Shown: one piece after another, positions 1 through 10,084 of the stretch
Layout of the letters: each line of letters starts with the position of its first letter
How positions within the stretch are numbered: position 1 is the first letter of the stretch
Origin: Octopus bimaculoides
Lineage: Eukaryota
Assembly: GCF_001194135.2 (NCBI RefSeq)
Contig: NC_068998.1
Coordinates: 37,880,521-37,914,094 of the forward strand
Reading direction: 5' to 3'
Length of the DNA stretch: 33,574 nucleotides
Translations under genes and position numbers: made by a program
Notes under the pieces: generated by a model
What the model saw: the letters and a program-made list of their open reading frames with translations, nothing else
Told to the model about the DNA's origin: nothing
The model's database searches: none

Positions 1-223
1 GTATGGGAGGGGAGAGGAAGAGAGGAGAGAGGGTGGGTATAAGAGAGGGAAGGGGGATTGAGAGAGGGGGAAGGTGGGTATGGGGGGAGAAAGAGGGGAA
101 GGTGGGTATGGGGGGAGAAAGAGAGGAAGAGAAAGAGAGTGAGAGAGAGGGAAGAGGGGTATGGGGGGGAAGAAGAAAGGAAGAGAAAGAGAGTGAGAGA
201 GAGGGGAAGAGAGTGTATGTATG
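1..223. repeat. Purine-rich (G/A) low-complexity tract with internal duplications
   Basis: No C on the + strand until position 224; repeated blocks such as GGGAAGGTGGGTATGGGGGGAGAAAGAG and GGAAGAGAAAGAGAGTGAGAGAGAGGG. Runs into (ATGT)n at about 216-256. Confidence 0.9.
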
Positions 224-689
224 CATGTATGTATGTATGTATGTATGTATGTATATGCACTTATGACTAAATATTCAAACTGTCGTATATATGGGTGTTT
301 ACAAATAAATGGAAGTGTATTTTTTTGTGTGTGTATATATATATGTGTTAGTATGTGTCTGTACACAGACACAAACGCACGTACACATGATACACACACA
401 CAAACACACACACAAACAAGCAAACAAGCATCTTGTAGTGTATTGAATTGGGTGTGCCAATAAACTCTGTTATACGATCTTTCTTCAGTTTCTCTGAAGC
501 AAGTATTTTCCAAATGTTTCTTAGTCAGCGCCTAGTTTCATGACAAATTGAATTAACTCGCAGCAACTCCACCCCTCCTCACATCTTCCGTAGATATACA
601 CTCAAATTTATACTTGTTTCTATACAATCCCAACATCATAGGAATGAATTTCACAACCGAAGGCTAGGAAACACAGCACAAGATTGTTG

Positions 690-1290
690 TATGTAACCCT
701 TTATTTTATTATGGGTCAACATTTCATAACCAAAATAACTACGAGTAACGTTACTTATCTAGGGAGCATCTGCGCAGCCGCTAGAAACTTGAAAACATAC
801 CGTAATCCAGGCGCCTGTAGGTTTCAGGGGGACATCAGGAGAGGCGTTTCGTTTCGGGGCCTTCCTCTCGACGGCTTTACAGCGCACCAGCCTCGATCCC
901 CTCAGTGATGCGACTCCATTGCCTATCGGATCGACTCGCTAATATTTGATCTTAAGTCCATTTCGGGATCATCGCCACATTCAAACTGTGAAGTCGTACG
1001 GCTCTGATTTGCCATATAAGCAAACATGTACCTACCTCATATCTACACATCACCTCTCCGAGCAGGTTTCGTCATCCCTTTAACAGCCATATCCAGTAGC
1101 TGGCCCTCTCAGCTGTTGCTTGCATTTCTTTCAAGATGGCGTTGGCTTGACGACGACTGACATCGATTGATAGCTACCATTGTCTTAGTCTTTAATCATA
1201 CATTTACTCAGCCAGACACGATCTGCATCTTAACAACAGCTACATTAATATCAGATTTCCCATATACGTAGGGAAGGATTAAAATTAGTC
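690..1290 (-). mobile_element. 3' end of a HERO-like (restriction-like endonuclease group) non-LTR retrotransposon, decayed
   Basis: Minus-strand translation near 1070-1230 gives CRSCLAE*MYD*RLRQW*LSIDVSRRQANAILKEMQATAERASYWIWL, resembling the C-terminal EVGCRGF...AAERAS.W(I/L)W.R motif of HERO-type elements. It is followed by a more GC-rich non-coding segment (about 690-1060) consistent with a 3' UTR. Confidence 0.6.
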
Positions 1291-1399
1291 GTCCTCTTAA
1301 TAGCACTGGGGTAAGACATTACATTATTAAGTCTAGGGTGAAGATGAGGCACAGCCCATAGAACTTCATCATCATCATCATTATCAACAACAGCCCCTG

Positions 1400-1635
1400 G
1401 ACACTACTATCTAGGTTACCCGGTTTCTGTGGTGTATAAGCGACCGAGATTAGAATCCTCCTGGGCGTGACGCTAGTCCTTCGCAGCGAAAAACATTTAC
1501 AACTGAATGAAATGGAACAGCCTCAAATTAAGTGTTTTGCTCAAGAACACAACGCACCAGCCAAGTCAGAGAATCGAAACCACGACCTTACGATCTTGAG
1601 TGCAACACCCTAGCCGCTAGGCTAAGTGCCTTCAC
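1400..1635 (-). mobile_element. tRNA-derived SINE, family C
   Basis: Minus strand has an A box TAGCCTAGCGG (1614-1624) and a B box GTTTCGATTCT (1570-1580), then GCGTTGTGTTCTTGAGCAAAACACTT and CTGCGAAGGACTAGCGTCACGCCCAGGAGG, which resemble central domains of widespread metazoan SINEs (inference). Confidence 0.75.
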
Positions 1636-1689
1636 TTGATCTAAAATCCATTGCCGCCCCAAAATGCTTTATATACATAGCTAGGGACA

Positions 1690-2041
1690 CAATCTTTCCC
1701 TCTATCTTTTGACACTCATCAACTCACCTCTGTTTCCCTACCGTCTTCCTTCATGTTCATTCTTTAATGCTGCTCAACCACCACCTTCGTAGTCCTTTTA
1801 TTCCTCTTTTACCAGGGATTTCTCTGCGCATGCCTATATACACAAGAGGTAAGATGTCATTGTATCGTCTCATGTGACCAAATCCTTTCATTTCCTGCCT
1901 TTTAACAACCGACAGAACAATTTCTTCCGTGACACTCGTCAGTTCGATTCCCTGTATATAATTTGCGAAGTATCTATTTATAGCATATCGATCCAAACAC
2001 CACGTTCATTTTCTCGTTTTCAACATCCAATGTTCAGCATA
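1690..2041 (-). mobile_element. RTE-clade LINE remnant, C-terminal part
   Basis: Minus-strand frames give YAEHWMLK, CYK*ILRKLYTGNRTDE and EEIVLSVVKRQEMKGFGHMRR...GKRGIKGLRRWWLSSIKE*T. These match the RTE C-terminal pattern YG.ETWTL / CYRRILRI / KKRKLKWFGHV.R / RGRPRKRW.DNIKEWT, with stops and frameshifts. Confidence 0.8.
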
Positions 2042-2522
2042 CTGTGTGACAAAATTTCTATTTATTTATTTATTTGTCTTTGGTCAGTAAATGCTATTTC
2101 CTATTTGCTTCTATCTAGAAATCAAAACGTAATGACTGCTATTTCCTTTAAACTTTGTTTTTGTGACCTGGACATCAATGTTTTGAAACTGGCCTATTTT
2201 CCATTACATTTCAAACAGGTTCAGCGCTGAGTTGCTGAAGCAGAAATATCGTTATAGCAAATATTCTGCTCCATACCACAGATTTGCTTGACCTTAACCA
2301 CTTGAGCATGTCCCTTAGTAACTGACAATATGTGCATCTCTGATCATGAGCAGGAGTAGTGGGGAAGCATCATAGCCATGTGTTGAAAGGGATTCTTTGG
2401 GGTTTGAATAAATGTAACAAAAGATAAGTTTGAAGGAAATATTAGCCATTTTTCATACGTTCTAGTGGTAAGCAAATAGAAAATTACAATAGCTACCCAA
2501 GGACAAAAATCATGTTACACAG
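2042..2522. mobile_element. About 480-bp non-autonomous element with long imperfect terminal inverted repeats, inserted in the RTE
   Basis: 2042-2155 is the reverse complement of about 2426-2522 at roughly 70% identity by eye (AAGTTTAAAGGAAATAGCAGTCATT vs AAGTTTGAAGGAAATATTAGCCATT; AAGCAAATAGGAAAT vs AAGCAAATAGAAAAT). Ends are CTGTGTGAC...GTTACACAG. The RTE reading frame resumes on both sides. Confidence 0.65.
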
Positions 2523-2940
2523 GGTAATCGGTACCCTTCTACTGGTGTAGTAATTACAATTTCTCTTATAAAAATAATATTCTAATTGTTTTATTTTCCC
2601 AAACGGGATCTAATTGTCCTAAAGTCACTGTAGCTGCAGCAAACCAGCATTTTATTTCTTTCATTGATTCCAATCTTTTGTCTATCTTTTCCTGAATACT
2701 GAAATTCATCAACTTGTTTGAGCATGTTGTTTCAATTGAATTCGTTACTTTACTTTTTGATTTTTACTAATTACCATTATTTTGATAGTTTCCTGCACCT
2801 TTCTATTCTATACTTTCTTGTGGTTGTTTCAAACCGTGTTTGTTACATCTGTTTTCTTAAGTAAAATTAATTGGTTTAATTTTCACTGTGATTTCAAGAA
2901 GGTTATTGAATTGGAGAATAAGATGGGGAAGCATTTAAAA
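2523..2940 (-). mobile_element. RTE-clade LINE remnant, RT C-terminal part (same element as 1690-2041)
   Basis: Minus-strand frames give KTIKIMVISKN, LKQVDEFQYSG and AAATVTLGQLDPVWENKTI, matching RTE KTKIMV / LEQVDEFKYLG / A..A...L..IW.NKTI in the expected order. Confidence 0.7.
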
Positions 2941-3031
2941 GGAAATGTGTTCTGTGAAAGCAAGAATTCACAAAAGTGTTTCGGTGACACAAACAAAAAT
3001 TAAGTCCACGAAAACTCGTAATAATATATTG

Positions 3032-3241
3032 ATTTCAATTTTGGCACGAGGTCAGCAATTTCAGGGGAGGAGTAACTCGATTAAATCAACCCCAGTACTC
3101 AACTGGTACTTATTTTATCGACCCCGAAAAGGTGAAAGGCAAATTCGACCTCAGTGGAATTTGAACTCAGAACGTAGAGACGGATGAAATGCTGCTAAGC
3201 ATTTTTCCAAGTCTGCTAACGATTTTACCGGTTTACCGCCT
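3032..3241 (-). mobile_element. tRNA-derived SINE, family A, near full length
   Basis: Minus strand has a head with B box GAGTTCAAATTCC, a central GGGGTCGATAAAATAAGTACCAG segment and a 3' end ...CTCGTGCCAAAATTGAAA. Homologous to the copies at 4864, 7881, 8104, 11551 and 11709. Confidence 0.85.
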
Positions 3242-3309
3242 TGAAGAAAAGGATAAAGTCCTTCTTGAGTCACATAGACTCATAGAACCGGTTCCCCGTT
3301 TTCTGGGTC

Positions 3310-3404
3310 TATAGTAGGAGACACTTGCCCAAGGTGCCACGCTGCGTGATTGAACCCAGAACCGTGTTGTTGGGAAGCAAGCTTCTTACTACAGCCACGC
3401 CTGA
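3310..3404 (-). mobile_element. SINE family B, 5' portion
   Basis: Reverse complement aligns to 30371-30470 (GGCGTGGCTGT...GGGTTCAATC...GTGGCACCTTGGGCAAGTGTCT). Confidence 0.8.
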
Positions 3405-3442
3405 ACCTATATACACACACATACATATAGAGATAAATAGAG

Positions 3443-3534
3443 ACAGACAGACAGACCGACAGAGACAGATGGATTGGCAATCAATAGACAGAGGCAGAGA
3501 CAGACAGACAGACAGACAGACGGACGGACGGACG

Positions 3535-3580
<46 letters not shown>

Positions 3581-3606
3581 TAGATAGATAGATAGATAGA
3601 TAGATA
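3443..3606. repeat. Compound tetranucleotide microsatellite (GACA/GGAC/GATA)n
   Basis: Directly visible tandem tetramers. Confidence 0.95.
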
Positions 3607-3680
3607 CAGATGTACAATATATCGTGTGATATATGTATTTTAAGCATGCAATATATATATGCACGTGTGTTTATATATAT

Positions 3681-4136
3681 ATTACATATAATATATATAG
3701 CACATAATACATATATTACATATATATATTACATATAATATATATAGCACATAATACATATATTACATATATATATTACATATAATATATATAGCACATA
3801 ATACATATATTACATATATATATTACATATAATATATAGCACATAATACATATATTACATATATATATTACATATGNNNNNNNNNNNNNNNNNNNNNNNN
3901 NNNNNNNNNNNNNNGCACATAATACATATATTACATATATATATTACATATAATATATATAGCACATAATACATATATTACATATATATATTACATATAA
4001 TATATAGCACATAATACATATATTACATATATATATTACATATAATATATATAGCACATAATACATATATTACATATATATATTACATATAATATATAGC
4101 ACATAATACATATATTACATATATATATTACATATG
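3681..4136. repeat. AT-rich minisatellite with 45/47-bp units
   Basis: Unit GCACATAATACATATATTACATATATATATTACATATAATATATA(TA) starts at 3700, 3747, 3794, 3839, 3915, 3962, 4007, 4054 and 4099. An N gap at about 3877-3914 interrupts it. Confidence 0.95.
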
Positions 4137-4863
4137 TATATTACATCTAATACGCACACACACGCGCACACATACACACACACACACACACACGAGTTTG
4201 TGTTTATGTGTATGTATATGTAAGATGCATGTAATGTAGTTAGGCCACAGTTTTTTTGTGACTCATACGCCGTGCAATGTAAACAGACATAAATATAATT
4301 CTTTTATTCTCTTCGTTCTACATCAGATTTATGCATTCTAACTACATTAAATTTATCTTAGATTGTCTTATGTACGCTTTTGTTCCGCATAAAATGTTTA
4401 TAGAATAATGGCTCACACAGTACTGAAGAAAGAGAAAGGAAGAGAAAAAGCGATAGGGACAGAATGATAAAACGGATGGATGGATAGAGGGATGCATTGA
4501 AACGAAGTATATGCCTGCAGTCCGACAGAGACTCAGAATTTACTTGTGTCACATTGCTGACTATAATGTCAGTGCATTTCCTCCAGGACCTTCCTTTTCC
4601 TTCAGTAAAACTTTAGGGTAAGAATTAAGTATTTATTTTTGCCATCTGCCAGTTAGAATATTCTAGCAGATAAAACAAGCAGAGAAATCGCAGATCTCGA
4701 ACCATCTACGCCGGTATGTTTGACTAACCTACGTGCCATGAGTTTATTCATTCTGAACTTATCTCGGGTAATATACTTGCAACAAAAACAACAACAACAA
4801 CAACCATACGCTGATATTATAGTAGAGTCTCAGACTGAAGCAATGTATTCTAATAGTTCTTTC

Positions 4864-4950
4864 TCATTTTGGCACAAAGCCAGAAATTTTGAAGAGAGCA
4901 GGGTAAGTCGATTACATTGACCCCAGTCATTCATTTTATCGACCTCGCAG
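4864..4950 (-). mobile_element. SINE family A, 3' fragment
   Basis: TTTTGGCACAAAGCCAG...AAGTCGATTACATTGACCCCAGT...TTTTATCGACC matches the 3' half of 3032-3241. Confidence 0.75.
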
Positions 4951-5090
4951 GGATTTGATGGATATTTGTCCCCATCTTGTTTGTTGTTAACACAGCGTTT
5001 CGGCTGATATACCCTCCAAGCCTTCATCAGGTGTCTTGGGGAAATTTCGAACCTGGGTTCTCATTCCTAAAGTATTTTTCAATGTTATTA

Positions 5091-5161
<71 letters not shown>

Positions 5162-5194
5162 GTTCAGGTCACTGCTTGGAATTGAACTCGGAAT
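4951..5194 (-). mobile_element. Short non-coding element: Pol III-like head, (AAT)n, hammerhead motif, tail
   Basis: On the minus strand: B box GAGTTCAATTCC (5178-5189), an (AAT)n tract (about 5084-5163), the HHR motif (4989-5035), then AACAACAAACAAGATG. The 5' end lies in the gap starting at 5195. Confidence 0.6.
4989..5035 (-). ncRNA. Minimal type I hammerhead ribozyme motif, cleavage-site variant
   Basis: Minus strand reads GACAC CUGAUGA A GGCU-UGGAGGGUAUAUC-AGCC GAAAC GCU GUGUU. Stem I is GACAC/GUGUU, the CUGAUGA and GAAA boxes are intact, and stem II is GGCU/AGCC. The cleavage triplet is GCU instead of GUH (position 4995), so this copy is probably inactive. Confidence 0.75.
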
Positions 5195-5609
5195 NNNNNN
5201 NNNNNNNNNNNNNNNNNNNNNNNNNNNNNNNNNNNNNNNNNNNNNNNNNNNNNNNNNNNNNNNNNNNNNNNNNNNNNNNNNNNNNNNNNNNNNNNNNNNN
5301 NNNNNNNNNNNNNNNNNNNNNNNNNNNNNNNNNNNNNNNNNNNNNNNNNNNNNNNNNNNNNNNNNNNNNNNNNNNNNNNNNNNNNNNNNNNNNNNNNNNN
5401 NNNNNNNNNNNNNNNNNNNNNNNNNNNNNNNNNNNNNNNNNNNNNNNNNNNNNNNNNNNNNNNNNNNNNNNNNNNNNNNNNNNNNNNNNNNNNNNNNNNN
5501 NNNNNNNNNNNNNNNATATATATATATATATATATATAATTATCATGATGTTAGCTAACCCTTATAATTGTGCCTACATTAGAAAAAAGCATCATCATCA
5601 TCATCGTTT

Positions 5610-5693
5610 CGTTAGCACACCGGACGAAAATGCTAGCGGCATATTTCGTCCGGCTTTAACGTTCTGACGTTCAAAATTCCACGACATATCGTC
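5610..5693 (+). mobile_element. SINE family A, head fragment
   Basis: CGTTAGCACACCGGACGAAAATGC...GCATATTTCGTCCGG...GTTCTGACGTTCAAAATTCC matches the family A head and contains a hairpin at 5620-5653 (CCGGACGAAA/TTTCGTCCGG). Confidence 0.7.
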
Positions 5694-5983
5694 AAGCGCT
5701 GCATTGTTGGAACTGTTTTGATATTATATTTCCGGTACTGAATAACATTTAGAGACATAGTGTTGGCGTAAACCATAAACCCGATATTCTAATGAAGCAC
5801 AATTACTAATTAACTTGTCATCGTGTGCTAATTAACTCGTTGATGTAGTAATATTGGAATGTCTTCTAAAATTTTGGCAACATTCTTTCATAAAAAAAAC
5901 ATTTGTTCTTTACAAATATCGTTTCACAAATTGTTTATGCTATTATTTTTTAATGCGTCTTATTACTGTTTATAATATTTTTT

Positions 5984-6284
5984 ATGCTTTTATTATTATT
6001 GTTGTTTTTGTCATTACTGTTTTTTTTTCGTTTTTTATTTGTTGATGCTGTTATAGTGTTTGTTGTTGTTGTTGTCGTTGCTTTTGCTATTATTGTTATT
6101 TTTTTTTTTTTTTTAATGCTGTCGTTCTTGTTCGTGTCATCGGAGATTTGTGTATTTGTGAGGATAAAAAGTCGGCAAAAGCAGTTGAAAGGCTCGCTTG
6201 GTGATCATGACGATGATGGTGGTGGTGGTGGTGGTGGTGGAGTTGACGACGACGACGATGATGATGACAATGGCAATGATGATG

Positions 6285-6316
<32 letters not shown>

Positions 6317-6633
6317 GATGATGGTGATGATGACGATGAAGACAATTATGATGACGATTATGATCGTGCTGATGACGACAATGATGATGACAATAACGGC
6401 AATGATAATGATGATGATGATGATGATGATGATGTTGACGACGAAGACAACGACGTCGACGACAATGTTGATGATGAAGATGATGATGGCGACGACGACG
6501 ACGACGATGACGATAATTATGATGATAACGACGATGACGTCGATGACGACCATGATGATGATGATGACAATAAGGGCGGTGATGATGATGACAATGATGG
6601 TAGTGATGATGATGATGGCGATGACGACAATAA
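5984..6633. repeat. Degenerate trinucleotide block: (GTT/ATT)n, then (GAT/GAC)n from about 6204
   Basis: Cryptically simple GAT/GAC/GGT/AAT triplets that produce the spurious Asp-rich ORF. Confidence 0.9.
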
Positions 6634-6659
6634 CCGAACCATAAATCCTTTTATTTGTA

Positions 6660-7000
6660 TCAGTTCCATATTTCATATTCTTTTAGTTAAATTCAGAAAC
6701 TTGTTGGTGCTTCGCTTGGATGCGCCTCCTATGTTTTGTCTTTTCAATCGTCTCTTTTATCATCTTACTTTTCCCATTATTTCCGACATTTGGCCGTCTT
6801 TGTTTACTTTCCATACCATCCAAATTATCGCCAGTTGTACGATGGTCATTCTCGCCTTCCTGGTCGTTAGCACTTGGCACTGGGGGCAGGGCAAGATTTT
6901 CCGCCATCCTCCAAACTGCAATTAACGATGCTCAGGAAACAGCAGCCTCTGAGATCAGATATTGTTTTCCTGCTGGCTCTACTGTTCCTCACTTTCTTCC
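6660..7000 (-). mobile_element. Possible decayed Tx1/L1-like LINE C-terminal fragment
   Basis: Minus-strand frames give LPPVPSANDQEGE, IVQLAIIWMVWKVNKDG and KRRLKRQ...NKFLNLTKRI, weakly paralleling the better-preserved C-terminus at 17528-17745. Confidence 0.35.
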
Positions 7001-7387
7001 TACCCCCTCTGTCTTTCCAGCTCCTTGGAGCAGAAACCCCTAAACACTTGACTTTTACTTTCACACTTTAACATTTAAGCTTTCTGCCCTTCATCACCAG
7101 GTTCATCACTTTTCCTTCTGCACCCACAACAATGCACAGAATCAAAAGTGACCCGTCGTTTTTGGCAATCATTAGGTATGTTCACTAGTGCTGTTGAAAC
7201 AACACCAGTACTTACAAATTGCGTGTATTGAATGAATCTGGTGGAAACAAGTTACTGCAGCCCCTGTAGTCTGTAACACAAGCTTGGTGATTGTTGTGTG
7301 GAAACCACTTCGTTCTGTCCATTGGCTAGGGTACTCTTAAAACATTTTTTTGATGGAAATTGGAAATCTTCCTCTTTCACAAAACAG

Positions 7388-7403
7388 AACTAGGCTACCA
7401 CCA

Positions 7404-7472
<69 letters not shown>

Positions 7473-7498
7473 CTCTCTCTCTCTTTCTATCTCTCTCT
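7388..7498. repeat. (CT)n / (CTTT)n microsatellite
   Basis: Directly visible. Confidence 0.95.
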
Positions 7499-7567
7499 CA
7501 AATTTGATGGCAAAGAATTCAAGTTTGATGGCAAAGAATTCAAATTTGATGGTAAAGAATCCAAACT
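7499..7567. repeat. 21-bp tandem repeat, about 3.3 copies
   Basis: CAAATTTGATGGCAAAGAATT, CAAGTTTGATGGCAAAGAATT and CAAATTTGATGGTAAAGAATC start at 7499, 7520 and 7541. Confidence 0.95.
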
Positions 7568-7582
7568 AGATCGAAAACATCT

Positions 7583-7666
7583 ATATTAGCCATGTTAAAT
7601 ACTTTGTTGGGGTAAGCAAATAGGAATTAACAGTTGATACCAAAGGATAAAAATCGTGTTACACAG
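7583..7666 (+). mobile_element. Third copy of the terminal segment of the 2042-2522 element
   Basis: ATATTAGCCAT...GGTAAGCAAATAGGAATT...CCAAAGGATAAAAATCGTGTTACACAG aligns with 2439-2522 and ends at the same ACACAG. Confidence 0.7.
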
Positions 7667-7880
7667 AGTCAACAGCACACTACAAACAACTCACACACAC
7701 TCAACATCTGTGGGGTTTCAAACCTTTTCTTTTATCTATCAACCCTTTTCTTTTACTGATACTCTTTCGATGTTTTCTTGCTGAGATTCAACAAATTTAA
7801 ATACCCCACATGAAAAAAATTGCTGCCGTCATGTTGATAGCCACTGAAACCTACTTGCTGCATATAAGTCATTTCAAATG

Positions 7881-8098
7881 GTTTCGAATTTCAGCACAAG
7901 TGGTGAGAGTGAGGGGTTAGTCAATTACATTGACCCCCAGGGCTCAACCGGTAGCAGTTTTATCGAGCCCAAACAGATGAAAGAGAAAGTAAGACGAAGT
8001 TGATCTCAGCGGAGTTTAAACTCAGAATGTACAGAGCCGAGGAAGATACTGGCAAGCATTTTCTTCGACGCGCTAAAGATTCTGCCCGCCTCGCCGCC
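7881..8098 (-). mobile_element. SINE family A, diverged copy
   Basis: Shows TCAATTACATTGACCCC, TTTTATCGAGCCC, GGAGTTTAAACTCAGAA and CTCGCCGCC in the family order. Confidence 0.75.
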
Positions 8099-8103
8099 AT
8101 ACT

Positions 8104-8320
8104 GTTTCAAATTTTGACCCGAGGTTAGCAATTTTAGGAGGAGGGAGTCAGTCGATTACATCGACTCCCGTACTTAGCTGGTACTTATTTTATTGTCTCC
8201 GAAAGGATGGAAAGCAAAGTCGATATCGGTGGAATTTGAACGCAGAACGTAAATAGCCGGAAGAAATGCCACTAAGCAATTTATTCCAATGCGCTGAGCA
8301 TTCTGCCGCTTCACTACCTT
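8104..8320 (-). mobile_element. SINE family A copy, tandem to the previous one
   Basis: GTTTCAAATTTTG...GTCGATTACATCGAC...CTGGTACTTATTTTA...GGAATTTGAACGCAGAACGT. Confidence 0.85.
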
Positions 8321-8750
8321 CAGCAATGCAATATGGAACGTCAAAACATTTCGACCAGTAACCAAATTATTCGCAGAGAATCAATCCGAAAATGTTTTAG
8401 TAATTTGGAGCAATTAAATATGCATTTGTTACCCCGCTACCACCCCGTTGTCCCCAATACCCATATAAAATTCTCCACCTCTAACTTCACCCTTCACCAA
8501 GTGGTTGCACCGCCCACTTTGACACGCATTATTCTGTATAATCGTCATCCAATAACAAAACTCCACATAATGGCTCTGTTCTCGTCAGAAATGCAAATGG
8601 ATTTTGTTCCGAGTAGTTTTAATGTCGATTCCGAACCTGGTTTTCACTCTTTTTAATCCCGATTTTTAAGGTACAATTATTTCAACTTTATTTTTTGGTA
8701 ACAAGGAAAGGATCATTGAAGAAAATATATGCATTATGTGTGTGTGTATA

Positions 8751-8990
8751 TATTCTTTTATTCTTTTATTTGTTTCAGTCATTTGACTGCGGCCATGCTG
8801 GAGCACCGCCTTTAGTCGAGCAAATCGACCCCAGGATTTATTCTTTGGAAGCCTAGTACTTATTCTATCGGTCTCTCTTGCCAAACCGCTAAGTGTCGGG
8901 GATGTAAACACACCAGCATCGGTTGTCAAGCGATGTTGGTGGGGGACAAACACAGACACACAAACATATATATATATACACACACACACC
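8751..8990 (-). mobile_element. SINE family B, 3' half with (AAGAATA)n tail
   Basis: Close reverse-complement match to 30570-30758. The tail reads TATTCTTTTATTCTTTTATT on the + strand at 8751-8770. The upstream part merges into CA/TA microsatellite. Confidence 0.9.
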
Positions 8991-10084
8991 CATATATACG
9001 CGCACGCCTACATACACAGCCGCATACACATGCACACACATACACACAGGAGTGCACACACAAAATAACACACATACCTGGCACACATCCTTACGCTCTC
9101 ACACACATACGCACGCACACACATACACACCTCNNNNNNNNNNNNNNNNNNNNNNNNNNNNNNNNNNNNNNNNNNNNNNNNNNNNNNNNNNNNNNNNNNN
9201 NNNNNNNNNNNNNNNNNNNNNNNNNNNNNNNNNNNNNNNNNNNNNNNNNNNNNNNNNNNNNNNNNNNNNNNNNNNNNNNNACACCTCTCACATACACAAA
9301 ACCACACACACACACACACACATACACAACACACATACACATATACACACATGCACACATACACATATACACACATGCACACACGCACACACACCTCTCA
9401 CATACACAATACTCACTCACATACATAACACACACGCATGCACGAAAACATACACAATATACACATACACGCACGCACAAAACATATACACACACGCGCA
9501 CACACGCGCACACGGACACACACATACAGACACACATAAACACACATAAACACACACACACCCGTACCTAACACTCACAATCCCACACACACACGCACAT
9601 CCACACACATACACACACACGCACACACCCACATACACACACATACGCACACACACTTCTCACCCACACTACACACTCACACAGACACGCATACAATCAC
9701 ACACACATGGGCATAAACAACACACGCACGTACAATAGCAAACGCACGCACACACACGTACACAGCAACGCACATATACACAACATACACATACACACAA
9801 ACACACACGCACGCACAAAAACATACACATACACACACGCGCACATACAAAACACACACACACACGTGCACGTACCCATCACCTACAACCCCACACAAAC
9901 ACGAACACACACATACTCAAAAAACCGCCTGTTGACCTCCACCTAACACTGTCTATAAGCATCCACTAACCATTCCTGCTACTAATTCCTTCCACTACGT
10001 CATACACACACACAAACACACTAGCAGATAAACCACCAAACCATGCACACACACACACGTGCACGTACCCATCACCTACAACCC
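8960..10084. repeat. Long degenerate (CA)n/(CATA)n field
   Basis: Directly visible and interrupted by gaps. Confidence 0.9.

Noticed and set aside
810-860. GAAAC and CTGATG boxes on the minus strand in the HERO-like UTR; similar TGACGA...GAAAC at about 11335-11365
   Set aside because: The core boxes are incomplete and no stem II pairing can form.
3681-4136. Regularly spaced repeats as a CRISPR array
   Set aside because: There are no unique spacers or cas genes, and the context is eukaryotic. It is a minisatellite.
4578-4625. Possible micro-exon (pyrimidine tract-CAG ... AGG/GTAAGA)
   Set aside because: Splice-like motifs alone are common by chance, and there is no coding support or neighbouring exon.
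5984-6925. 313-aa Asp-rich ORF, and similar Gly/Val/Thr/His-rich ORFs at 13048-13947, 28677-29998 and 33154-33423
   Set aside because: These frames are open only because trinucleotide repeats lack stops in several frames on both strands. There is no domain signal.
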